NCBI GenBank assembly: GCA_963555825.3
Contig: CAUVXB020000001.1
Location: forward strand, 2,080,001-2,144,000
Reading direction: 5' to 3'
Origin: Alphaproteobacteria bacterium
GTDB lineage: Bacteria > Pseudomonadota > Alphaproteobacteria > JAAXGF01
DNA: 64,000 nt
Shown one piece after another: positions 9,526-18,255 of this stretch (positions are counted from its first letter, which is position 1; every line of letters begins with the position of its first letter). Position numbers and translations under genes: made by a program. The notes under the pieces are model-generated. The model was not told where the DNA came from, searched no databases, and was given only the letters and a program-made list of their open reading frames with translations.

Positions 9526-10167
9526 TTACTTCCAGGCGAAAGCCGGCTGGTCGTAGTGCGCGACGCGGGTCGGCTCGCCGCGCAGCGCGACCTCGCGGAA
9601 CTGGTAGAGAATTGCGGCAGTCGGCGCGAACAGGTGGTGGCCGAGTGTCGGGAGCGGCGCTGAAAGAACCGGGTGCTCGCTCTCGGGCGTCATCTCCAGA
9701 TGGGGGATTTCGGGGCTGTCGAGCTCGGTGAACGGGACCTGGAATACGCGCGCGACCTCGACCGCGTCGGGTACCAAGTCGACCGCGCCCGCGCCCCAGA
9801 CGACGATCGGCGTGATGCGAAAGCCCGAGCGCGTCGGGCAGTCGTCGAGCGTGCCGAGGATGTCGCCGGGATCGAGCGTCACGCCCAGCTCTTCCGCCAT
9901 TTCGCGGAGCGCCGCCTGGATCGGCGTTTCGCCCTCGTCGAGCCGGCCGCCGGGCAGCGCGTACTGGCCGCCGTGCCGGCGCAGGCTGTCCGGCCGCTTG
10001 GTCAGGAGGACGCCCGCCTCGCCGCCGTCCTCGCCTTCGACGATGACGATGGCGACCGCGGCCTGCCTGAGCGTGTCGTCATCGATGCCGCGCCGCTCGA
10101 ACGCGGCAAGATTTCCTGCGATGTCGCGGCGCAGGCCGTCGCCGAACGCGAAGTCGGTCAGGCGCAC
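9526..10167 (-). CDS. Nudix hydrolase, CoA pyrophosphatase type
   Basis: LLTKR...HGGQYALPGG followed by Nudix box EGETPIQAALREMAEELG. GTG start estimated. Confidence 0.85.
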   Translation of the reverse strand: MRLTDFAFGDGLRRDIAGNLAAFERRGIDDDTLRQAAVAIVIVEGEDGGEAGVLLTKRPDSLRRHGGQYALPGGRLDEGETPIQAALREMAEELGVTLDPGDILGTLDDCPTRSGFRITPIVVWGAGAVDLVPDAVEVARVFQVPFTELDSPEIPHLEMTPESEHPVLSAPLPTLGHHLFAPTAAILYQFREVALRGEPTRVAHYDQPAFAWK

Positions 10168-10181
10168 GACGGGAGAGCGCT

Positions 10182-11060
10182 CTATACCGCGTCGCGGCGC
10201 AGCGGCTGGCACATGCAGTGGACGCCGCCGCCGCCCATGGTGAACATGGTGACGTCGGGGTCGTAGACGGTGAAGCCATGGGCGCGCAGCCGCGCGTTTA
10301 GGTCCGTGCTCTGCGCCGTCGACAGCACCTTGTCGTTGCCCAGTGCGACGACGTTGCAGCCCAAGGCCATGGTGTCGCGGTAGCTGACCGGCACGATCTC
10401 GATGCCCTTGCCCTCGAGCCACTCGATGATGCTGTCGTCGGTCGTGTCGAGGCAGACCGCGGCGAGCTTGTGGCCGAGCATGCAGACCATCAGGTCGATG
10501 TGCACGTAGTGCTCGGCGATCGGCGCCAGGCGCACCTCCCAGCCCTCGGCCTCGAACCAGCCCTGGGCCTGCTTGGCGGCGGGCTCCTGGGTGCGCTCGC
10601 CGCAATAGCCGATCAACACGCAACCCGGTTCGATAACGTCGAAGTCGCCGCCCTCGAACGAGGCGGCGGTGATCATGTTGTAGATCGGGATTCCCGCACC
10701 CTGATAGAAGCGGATGACCGGCGCGTACTCGCCGCGACGCCACCACTGGGCCATCTGGGTGATGACCGCGCCGTACGGCGTCATGAAGCTCGAATCGCGC
10801 GCGTACACTTGATACGGCAGTGTCTCCTCGGTCTCCAGGTAGTGGCAGGTCGCTCCGGCGTCCTCATAGGCCTGGACCACTTCGTCGTGCTGCTTCATGG
10901 CGAGCTGCCGGTCGAACTTGGCGCCGCTCTTGAGCGTCGCCTTCGAGATCGAGCTGGTCGGCAGCCAGTGGAAATACTCGGGCCGGCACAACAGCACATC
11001 ATGCAGCGCGCCGTATTCCGAATTCACGCCCCAGCCGTTGGCTGTTTCGCTGGTCGTCAT
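10182..11060 (-). CDS. Amidinotransferase / dimethylarginine dimethylaminohydrolase superfamily protein
   Basis: NSEYG, YARD, FEGGD, HID and C-terminal GGGVHCM catalytic Cys motif. Confidence 0.88.
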   Translation of the reverse strand: MTTSETANGWGVNSEYGALHDVLLCRPEYFHWLPTSSISKATLKSGAKFDRQLAMKQHDEVVQAYEDAGATCHYLETEETLPYQVYARDSSFMTPYGAVITQMAQWWRRGEYAPVIRFYQGAGIPIYNMITAASFEGGDFDVIEPGCVLIGYCGERTQEPAAKQAQGWFEAEGWEVRLAPIAEHYVHIDLMVCMLGHKLAAVCLDTTDDSIIEWLEGKGIEIVPVSYRDTMALGCNVVALGNDKVLSTAQSTDLNARLRAHGFTVYDPDVTMFTMGGGGVHCMCQPLRRDAV

Positions 11061-11186
11061 GTCCTCACCTATCGAAGAGATTTGATGTCATTCGAGCGGC
11101 CGGGACAGTATCATCACCGGCCAGCAGACGGCAACCGATCCGCGCGGCGATTGCCCGGCGCATCGCACCGATTTCTTGGAGGACCG

Positions 11187-12797
11187 ATGAGCACCAACGT
11201 TACCTGCGGCCAGGCCGTGCCGATGCTTCTGGAGGCCTACGGCGTCGATACCGTGTTCGGCATTCCGGGCGTCCATACGCTCGAGCTTTACAAGGGCATG
11301 ACGGAAACCAGGATCCGCCACGTCCAGACGCGCCACGAGCAGGGCGCCGGCTTCATGGCCGACGGCTACGCGCGCGTCTCGGGCCGGCCCGGCGTCTGCC
11401 TGTTGATCACCGGTCCTGGCGTGACCAACGCCGCGACCGCGATGGGCCAGGCGTTCTCCGATTCGATCCCGATGCTGGTCGTCTCGAGCACCAACGCGAC
11501 GGCCGACATCGGCATGGGCCGCGGCCGGCTGCACGAGATCACCTCGCAGGACGCCGTGACCGCGCCGCTCACCGCCTTCAGCAGGACCGCGCCGTCGGCC
11601 GCCGACGTGCCCAACCTGATGGCACGCGCGTTTGCCGTGTTCCGCAACGCCCGCCCGCGCCCGGTGCATATCTCGCTGCCGCTCGACGTGCTCGACGCGC
11701 CCGGCGACTTCGACCGCACGCCGCGCGTGCCCGCGCCGCCGCCGGCGCCGGCGGCCCCCTCGGTCGAGGCGGCGGTTGCCATCCTCGCCGGCGCCAAGCG
11801 GCCGGTGATCATCGCCGGCGGCGGTACGGTCGCATGCGCCGCCGCGGTGACCGCGCTCGCCGAGACGCTCGGCGCCGCCGTCTTGCCGACCATCGCCGGC
11901 AAGGGCGTGGTGCCCGACGACCACCCGCTGTGCCTCGGCGCCAACCTCTCGAACAAGCCGGCGCAGGAGTTCCTGGCGACCGCCGACGTCGTCGTCGCGA
12001 TCGGCACCGAACTCGCCGAGACCGACTTCTGGGTCGACCGGGCACCGATCAACGGCAAGCTGATCCGTATCGACATCGATGCGTCATCGACCCAGCGCGA
12101 CTACCCGGCGGCCGCCGCCATGGTCGGCGACGCGGGCCAGGCGGTCGAGGCGATCCTGGCGTGCCTCGACGGCGCCGCCGGCCCCGGCTTCGCCGACGGC
12201 GAGCTGAGCGCGGTGCGCGACGCGCTGGCGGCGTTCATCCCGCCGCTCGACCGCATTCACGGCCAGGTGCTCGACGCGTTGCGCGCGGCGCTGCCCGACG
12301 ACGGCGTCGTCTTCTCGGACGCGACGCAGATCGCCTACACCGGCAACTATTATTACCCGTGCCGCCAGCCGCGCACGTGGTTCCACCCGACCGGCTTCTG
12401 CACGCTGGGCTGGGCCATGCCGGCGGCGATCGGCGCCAAGCTCGCCGCGCCCGAGCGGCCGATCGTCGCGCTCGCCGGCGACGCCGGCTTCCTGTTCACG
12501 GTGCAGGAGCTGGCGACCGCGGTCGAGCTCGAGCTGCCGCTGCCGATCGTGTTGTGGAACAACGACGGGCTCGGCGCGATCCGCGCCGGCATGGACGACC
12601 AGGACATCCCGCAGATCGCCGTCAACCCGCGCAACCCCGACTTCATCATGATGGCCAAATCATTCGGCTGCCACACCGCGCAGCCCGACAGCCTCGAGGC
12701 CTTCCAAGAAGCGCTGGCGGCGGCCTTCACGGCCGACGCCCCGACCCTGATCGAGGTGCGCCAGGACGCGCCGTATCTAGGCGGAGGCTCGGCTTAG
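11187..12797 (+). CDS. ThDP-dependent decarboxylase, 5-guanidino-2-oxopentanoate decarboxylase (AruI)-like
   Basis: FGIPGVHT, RHEQGAGFMADGYAR, GRLHE and GDAG...NN ThDP motif; GGAGG RBS. Confidence 0.82.
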   Translation: MSTNVTCGQAVPMLLEAYGVDTVFGIPGVHTLELYKGMTETRIRHVQTRHEQGAGFMADGYARVSGRPGVCLLITGPGVTNAATAMGQAFSDSIPMLVVSSTNATADIGMGRGRLHEITSQDAVTAPLTAFSRTAPSAADVPNLMARAFAVFRNARPRPVHISLPLDVLDAPGDFDRTPRVPAPPPAPAAPSVEAAVAILAGAKRPVIIAGGGTVACAAAVTALAETLGAAVLPTIAGKGVVPDDHPLCLGANLSNKPAQEFLATADVVVAIGTELAETDFWVDRAPINGKLIRIDIDASSTQRDYPAAAAMVGDAGQAVEAILACLDGAAGPGFADGELSAVRDALAAFIPPLDRIHGQVLDALRAALPDDGVVFSDATQIAYTGNYYYPCRQPRTWFHPTGFCTLGWAMPAAIGAKLAAPERPIVALAGDAGFLFTVQELATAVELELPLPIVLWNNDGLGAIRAGMDDQDIPQIAVNPRNPDFIMMAKSFGCHTAQPDSLEAFQEALAAAFTADAPTLIEVRQDAPYLGGGSA

Positions 12798-13564
12798 GTC
12801 CGATACGACGGGTCGGTTCGGTCGAGGCCGCGGAGCAGGGCTTCCCAGGCCAGATTCTTGCTTTCTCTCGGCGTGTTGAAGTCGCTGGCGACCTGCTCGC
12901 AGATCTCGTCGGCGACCGGCGTGATCGGCGCGCCGATCGACTGCGCGTCGATCTGGATCTTGCACGCCATCTCGAGGAAATACATGCGCACGAACGCCTC
13001 GCCGACGGTCTCGCCGGTGGTCAACAGGCCGTGGTTGCGCATCACCAGGACGTTCAACTCGCCGAGGTCGGCCGACAGCCGCGCGCATTCCTCGTGCTCG
13101 TCGGCGAAGCCCTCGTAGGCGTGATAGGCGACGCGGTCGTGGAACGCCATGGCGTGCTGGCTGATCGGCAGCAGGCCGCTCTCCAGGCACGAGACCGCAA
13201 CGCCGGCGCGGGTGTGCGTATGCAGCGCGCAGGTGACGTCGGGCCGGCCGGCGAGCACAGCGCCGTGGATGATGTAGCCCGCCCAGTTGATGCCCCATTC
13301 ACTCTCGCCGACGACGTTGCCGTCCGGATCGACCTCGACCAGGCTCGAGGCGGTGATCTCGTCGAACATCAGGCCGTAGGGGTTGAGCAGGAAGTTACCG
13401 TCCTTGCCGGGCAGCCGCGCCGAGACATGGGTGAAGATCAAGTCGGTCATACCGAACTTGGGCATCAGCCGGTAGCAGGCGGCGAGCTGCACCCTGGTTT
13501 CCCACTCGGCGGCGTCGTAGAGCGGCGTTTGATCGCTGGTCGTGGCGGTGGCGGTGACCGACAT
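12794..13564 (-). CDS. Class II aldolase/adducin family protein
   Basis: LAACYRL, FLLNPYG, LHTHT and MRNHGLLT motifs. Confidence 0.9.
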   Translation of the reverse strand: MSVTATATTSDQTPLYDAAEWETRVQLAACYRLMPKFGMTDLIFTHVSARLPGKDGNFLLNPYGLMFDEITASSLVEVDPDGNVVGESEWGINWAGYIIHGAVLAGRPDVTCALHTHTRAGVAVSCLESGLLPISQHAMAFHDRVAYHAYEGFADEHEECARLSADLGELNVLVMRNHGLLTTGETVGEAFVRMYFLEMACKIQIDAQSIGAPITPVADEICEQVASDFNTPRESKNLAWEALLRGLDRTDPSYRT

Positions 13565-13688
13565 GTCTCGTCTCCGAATGTAAGAATTCGGCGCCAAGAA
13601 TGGCCCCGGCGCCAGGCGAGGTCAACCGCGCCGTGGGCGTGGCGGCCGCGCCGACGGCAAGGCTGATGCGCTCTCCGCGCATGGCCGA

Positions 13689-14357
13689 ATGTCTTTGACT
13701 GGCGTGCCGCGCGCCCAGATGATGACCGCCATGGGTGTTCTCTACCGCGTCATGACGATCGCCTTCGCCGTCGCCAGCTTCGCGGTCGCCGCGCAGGCGC
13801 GGCCGATCACCGTCGAGGGCCTCACCTTCTCCGACGAGCTGGGTGGCTTCACGGTCATCGGCGCCTGGGGCACCGGCACCAAGGCCGATCCCTTCGTCGT
13901 GGTCGAGGAGATAACCGGGCCGACCGCGGCGATCCTGGTCATCCGCGGCATGACGCCGGAATTCGGCAACCGCGCCGGCACGCTGCACCCGAACGGCTTC
14001 ATCCTGCGTAAGATCATCACCAATCGCACCCGCTTCATCTGGAACATCGTCGACTTCGAACTGCAACAGGTCATCGGCGTCTCCTCGGACACGCTCGACG
14101 GTCTTTCGTTCGGCCAGGGTGCCCAAGCCAACCGGCCGTTCAAGTCGAACAAGTTCGACTCGACGTCCGAGGTCAAGGAACCACTCGATTTCGTCACCTT
14201 CCATAACGGCGCGCTGAGACCGGGCGAGACCGCGACCTTCGACATCGTGATCACCGACACCACGCCGGTCGCGGCTTTCTATCTGGTGCAGCGCCCCAAT
14301 CGGCCGATGTCGTACCTGGACGCGCCACCCGCGACCGTGGCGAGGGCCGGGCCATGA
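13689..14357 (+). CDS. Hypothetical secreted beta-rich protein
   Basis: Signal-peptide-like segment ending AQA; ATGA overlap with the next gene. Start uncertain (13689-13731). Confidence 0.65.
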   Translation: MSLTGVPRAQMMTAMGVLYRVMTIAFAVASFAVAAQARPITVEGLTFSDELGGFTVIGAWGTGTKADPFVVVEEITGPTAAILVIRGMTPEFGNRAGTLHPNGFILRKIITNRTRFIWNIVDFELQQVIGVSSDTLDGLSFGQGAQANRPFKSNKFDSTSEVKEPLDFVTFHNGALRPGETATFDIVITDTTPVAAFYLVQRPNRPMSYLDAPPATVARAGP

Positions 14358-16066
14358 TCCGACGGCTGAGGCTGTGGTCGGGCCTGGTGCTGTTCGCTTA
14401 TGTCGCGACGCATCTGGCCAACCATGCGCTCGGCCTGATCTCGCTCGAGGAGCTCGAGCGCGGCCGCGCGTGGTTCCTCGCGCTGTGGCGCAATCCGGTC
14501 GGCACCGTGGCGCTGTACGGCGCCATGGCGACCCATCTGTCGTTGGTGCTGTGGGGGCTCTACCAGCGGCGCGCGCTGCGCATGCCGGGCTGGGAGGCCG
14601 GCCAGATCGTGCTCGGCCTGGTCATCCCGGTCCTGCTGATCGAGCATATCATCGGCACGCGGCTGCTCCACGAACTCTACGGCGTCGAAGACAGCTACGT
14701 CTACGTCGTGCTGATCCTGTGGGAATTCGTCCCCGAGAAGGGCGCGCTTCAATCGGTTCTGCTGATCATCGCCTGGCTGCACGGCTGCATGGGCCTGCAC
14801 TTCTGGCTGCGCCTGCAGCCGTGGTACGCGCGCGCCCTGCCCTATCTGTACGCCACCGCGCTGCTGCTGCCGACGCTCGCGCTGCTCGGTTTCGCCAATG
14901 CCGGACAGACCATCGCGCTGCTCGCCCGCGAGGGCGATTGGGTGGCCGCCACGCTCGCCGAACTCCACTTCCCCGACGAGGCGGCTGTCGGCTTCGCGCT
15001 CGCGCTGATCGAACGCATGAAATACGGCTTCGTCGGGCTCGTCGTCGCGGTCGCCCTCGCGCGCGTCGCGCGTCTGGCGTGGGAGCGACGCCACGGCGTC
15101 TTCATCATCAGCTACCCGGGTAACCGGCGCGTCCGCGCCCGTCCCGGCATCACGATCCTCGAGGCGAGCCGGGGCGCGGGCATCCCGCACGCCTCGGTAT
15201 GCGGCGGCCGTGGCCGCTGCTCGACCTGCCGCGTGCGCGTCGGCGAGGGCATCGACGATCTCGAGCCGCCGAGCGCCGGCGAAGCACGCGTGCTGAAGCG
15301 CGTCAAGGTGCCGCCCAACGTCCGGCTCGCCTGCCAGACGCGGCCGACACGCGACGTCGAGGTCATCCCCCTGCTGCCGCCCGACGCCGGGCCACGCGAC
15401 GCCCGGCCACGTCCCAACCACATGCAGGGCACCGAGCGCGAGATCGCCGTGCTGTTCGCCGACATCCGCGCCTTCACCCAGTTTTCCGAGCACAAGCTGC
15501 CCTATGACGTGGTCTTCGTGCTCAACCGCTATTTCCGTTCGATGGGCGAGGCGGTCGAGGGCGCCGGCGGCCAGGTCGACAAATTCATCGGCGACGGCGT
15601 GATGGCGCTGTTCGGCGTCGACGGCGACGGCGCGCGGGCGTGCCGTCAGGCGCTGGCTGGCGCACGCGCCATGTCGAACATGCTCGACGAGCTCAACCGC
15701 ACACTCGCCAACGACCTGGAAGAACCCCTGCGCATGGGCATCGGCATCCATTTCGGGCCGGCCATCGTCGGCGAGATGGGCTATGCCAAGGCGATCGGCG
15801 TTACCGCGATCGGCGACACGGTCAATACCGCGAGCCGCCTCGAGACGCTGACCAAGGAGTTTACCTGCCAGCTCATCGTATCCAGCGAGGTCGAGCGCAA
15901 CGCCGGCGTCGACCTCGCGGCGTTTCCCGAGCATGATGTCGAGGTCCGCGGACGCCGCGACCGGCTGCGTATCCGAGTCATTGACGACGCGCGCACGCTG
16001 CCCGATCTTGTGGCGGGCGACCGTGCGTCGGGTCGCGGGCGCGCAGCGGCGGGGACGAACGGGTGA
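14354..16066 (+). CDS. Membrane adenylate/guanylate cyclase with His-rich TM region and 2Fe-2S domain (CyaC-like)
   Basis: TM helices with His; CGGRGRCSTC...RLACQ ferredoxin motif; LFADIRAFT, DKFIGDG and GDTVNTASRLE class III cyclase motifs. Confidence 0.9.
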   Translation: MIRRLRLWSGLVLFAYVATHLANHALGLISLEELERGRAWFLALWRNPVGTVALYGAMATHLSLVLWGLYQRRALRMPGWEAGQIVLGLVIPVLLIEHIIGTRLLHELYGVEDSYVYVVLILWEFVPEKGALQSVLLIIAWLHGCMGLHFWLRLQPWYARALPYLYATALLLPTLALLGFANAGQTIALLAREGDWVAATLAELHFPDEAAVGFALALIERMKYGFVGLVVAVALARVARLAWERRHGVFIISYPGNRRVRARPGITILEASRGAGIPHASVCGGRGRCSTCRVRVGEGIDDLEPPSAGEARVLKRVKVPPNVRLACQTRPTRDVEVIPLLPPDAGPRDARPRPNHMQGTEREIAVLFADIRAFTQFSEHKLPYDVVFVLNRYFRSMGEAVEGAGGQVDKFIGDGVMALFGVDGDGARACRQALAGARAMSNMLDELNRTLANDLEEPLRMGIGIHFGPAIVGEMGYAKAIGVTAIGDTVNTASRLETLTKEFTCQLIVSSEVERNAGVDLAAFPEHDVEVRGRRDRLRIRVIDDARTLPDLVAGDRASGRGRAAAGTNG

Positions 16067-17196
16067 GCGAGGCGCAGGGCTGGATCAAGACCGCACTGGA
16101 CGGCGACCGCTTGGTCGTCGCGCTCGGCGGGCGCTGGACGATCGGCGAGGCCGCGCGGCTCGACGACGACCTCGGCCAGCTCTCGCCCGGCGCGGCCAAG
16201 GCGGTCTGGATCGACATGGGCGGTGTCGAGAGGCTCGATACCGCGGTCGCCTGGATTCTTTACCGCACTGTGGCGCGGTTGCGCGACGCCGGTTACGCCG
16301 CCGATTTCACGCGCGCCCGGCCGGAACAGATCGCGCTGTTGGAACTGGTCCACACGCATGACGCGCCGGTCGAATGCCGGCCGCCCAGCGAGCCTTCTGT
16401 CCGCGCCGTCGCCGAACATATCGGGCGCGCGACTTTCGATATCCTTGACGAGACCTTCAGGCTGCTGTCGTTCCTCGGTCTCACCGTCCAGGCGCTCGGC
16501 CGCAGCATCGTCCAGCCGGGGCGCATCCGCTTCACGGCCTTGATCAGCCACATGGAGAAGACCGGCCTCGACGCGCTGCCGATCGTCGGGCTGATCTCAT
16601 TTCTGATCGGCGTCGTACTCGCCTATCAAGGCGCCGACCAACTGCGCCGTTTCGGCGCCGAGATCTTCGTCGTCAACCTGGTCGGCGTCTCGATTTTGCG
16701 CGAGATCGGCATCCTGCTAACCGCGATCGTCATCGCCGGCCGTTCGGGCAGCGCCTTCACCGCGTCGATCGGCTCTATGAAGGTGCGCGAGGAGATCGAC
16801 GCCATGCGAACGCTGGGCCTCGACCCGATGGACGTGCTGGTCCTGCCGCGCCTCATCGCCCTGGTGCTTACCCTGCCGATGCTCGCCTTCTTCGCCGACA
16901 TGATGGGGTTGTTGGGCGGCTGTCTGTTGGCCTGGGGCGCGCTCGGCATCAACCCGGGCCAGTTCGTCGATCGCCTGCTCGATGCGATCCCGATGTGGAC
17001 ATTCTGGGTCGGCATCATCAAGGCGCCGGTGTTCGCCTTCCTGATCGCGTTGATCGGCTGCTTCGAGGGCTTCCAGGTCAGCGGCAGCGCCGAGAGCGTC
17101 GGCCAATACACGACGCGCGCCGTGGTCGAGGCGATCTTCCTGGTCATCGTGTTCGACGCGGCGTTCTCGATCATGTTCGCCTATCTGGGAATCTAG
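16063..17196 (+). CDS. mlaE: MlaE-family ABC permease with N-terminal STAS domain
   Basis: LREIG..LTAIVIAGRSGSAFTA..GSMKVREEIDAMRTLGLDP; STAS-like RLDTA. Confidence 0.9.
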   Translation: MSEAQGWIKTALDGDRLVVALGGRWTIGEAARLDDDLGQLSPGAAKAVWIDMGGVERLDTAVAWILYRTVARLRDAGYAADFTRARPEQIALLELVHTHDAPVECRPPSEPSVRAVAEHIGRATFDILDETFRLLSFLGLTVQALGRSIVQPGRIRFTALISHMEKTGLDALPIVGLISFLIGVVLAYQGADQLRRFGAEIFVVNLVGVSILREIGILLTAIVIAGRSGSAFTASIGSMKVREEIDAMRTLGLDPMDVLVLPRLIALVLTLPMLAFFADMMGLLGGCLLAWGALGINPGQFVDRLLDAIPMWTFWVGIIKAPVFAFLIALIGCFEGFQVSGSAESVGQYTTRAVVEAIFLVIVFDAAFSIMFAYLGI

Positions 17197-17202
17197 CCGT
17201 CG

Positions 17203-17991
17203 ATGCCGGGCAACGATCAGACATCGGTGATCCGCGTGCGCGCGCTGCGCACGCAGTTCGGCGCGCAAGTCATCCACGACGGCCTCGACCTCGACGTGCG
17301 GCGCGGCGAGGTGCTCGGCGTCGTCGGCGGCTCGGGTACCGGCAAGTCGGTGCTGCTGCGCACCATCGTCGGGCTCAACACGCCGGCCAGCGGCTCGATC
17401 GAAGTGTTCGGCCAGGACGTCGCGACGGCCGACGCCGCCGAGCGGCGCGCGATCGAGACGCGTTGGGGCGTCCTGTTCCAGGACGGCGCGTTGTTCAGCT
17501 CGCTCACCGTGGCGCAGAACATCCAGGTGCCGCTGATCGAGCACACCGGACTTTCGGCGCAGATCATCGACGAGATCACGGCGATAAAGATTGGCATGGT
17601 CGGTCTACCGCGCGACGCGGCGGGCAAATATCCGTCCGAGCTGTCGGGCGGCATGCGCAAGCGCGCGGGTCTTGCGCGCGCGCTCGCGCTGGACCCCGAG
17701 ATCGTCTTCCTCGACGAGCCGACCGCCGGGCTCGACCCGATCGGCGCGGCGGCGTTCGACGATCTCATCGGCGGCTTGCAGCGGACCCTGGGCCTGACCG
17801 TCTTCATGGTGACCCATGACCTGGACAGCCTGGGAGCAATCTGCAACCGTATAGCCGTGTTGGCCGAGAAGCACGTTCTGGTCGTCGGCCCCATGGACGA
17901 GATGTTGCGCTACAATCACCCATGGGTGCATGACTATTTCCACGGGCCGCGGGCACGCGCTGCGCAGATGACTTATACCAAGGATCAGTGA
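17203..17991 (+). CDS. mlaF: MlaF-family ABC ATP-binding protein
   Basis: GGSGTGKS, LSGGMRKRAGLARA, DEPTAGLDP and VTHD motifs. Confidence 0.92.
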   Translation: MPGNDQTSVIRVRALRTQFGAQVIHDGLDLDVRRGEVLGVVGGSGTGKSVLLRTIVGLNTPASGSIEVFGQDVATADAAERRAIETRWGVLFQDGALFSSLTVAQNIQVPLIEHTGLSAQIIDEITAIKIGMVGLPRDAAGKYPSELSGGMRKRAGLARALALDPEIVFLDEPTAGLDPIGAAAFDDLIGGLQRTLGLTVFMVTHDLDSLGAICNRIAVLAEKHVLVVGPMDEMLRYNHPWVHDYFHGPRARAAQMTYTKDQ

Positions 17992-18238
17992 TAAAGACCC
18001 ATAGAGACGGTTTCCCGTGGTTCTCGGCTAGGCGCGCCCGTCGCGGCGATGCCTTGGCATCGCAAGATGGGTGGAACGACGTCCGAGAGCCTCGGCAAGC
18101 CGCCCTTCGGGTCGCGTCCGCTTATCGCCGGCGGGCGCCAGGTTGCCTAGCCGATGCGCTGCATCGCCCGTGGCTCCCTTGCCTCACCGGCGAAAAGCGG
18201 ACGCGATCTCTAGGGGCCTTTATCACTGATCCTTGGTA
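17976..18238. mobile_element. MITE-like element (~263 bp) with 32-bp terminal inverted repeats
   Basis: TACCAAGGATCAGTGATAAAGACCCATAGAGA ... TCTCTAGGGGCCTTTATCACTGATCCTTGGTA (2 mismatches). TACCA/TGGTA tips match those of the IS630 at 29.4 kb. Confidence 0.8.
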
Positions 18239-18255
18239 TTGAGCGACAGGTAACG

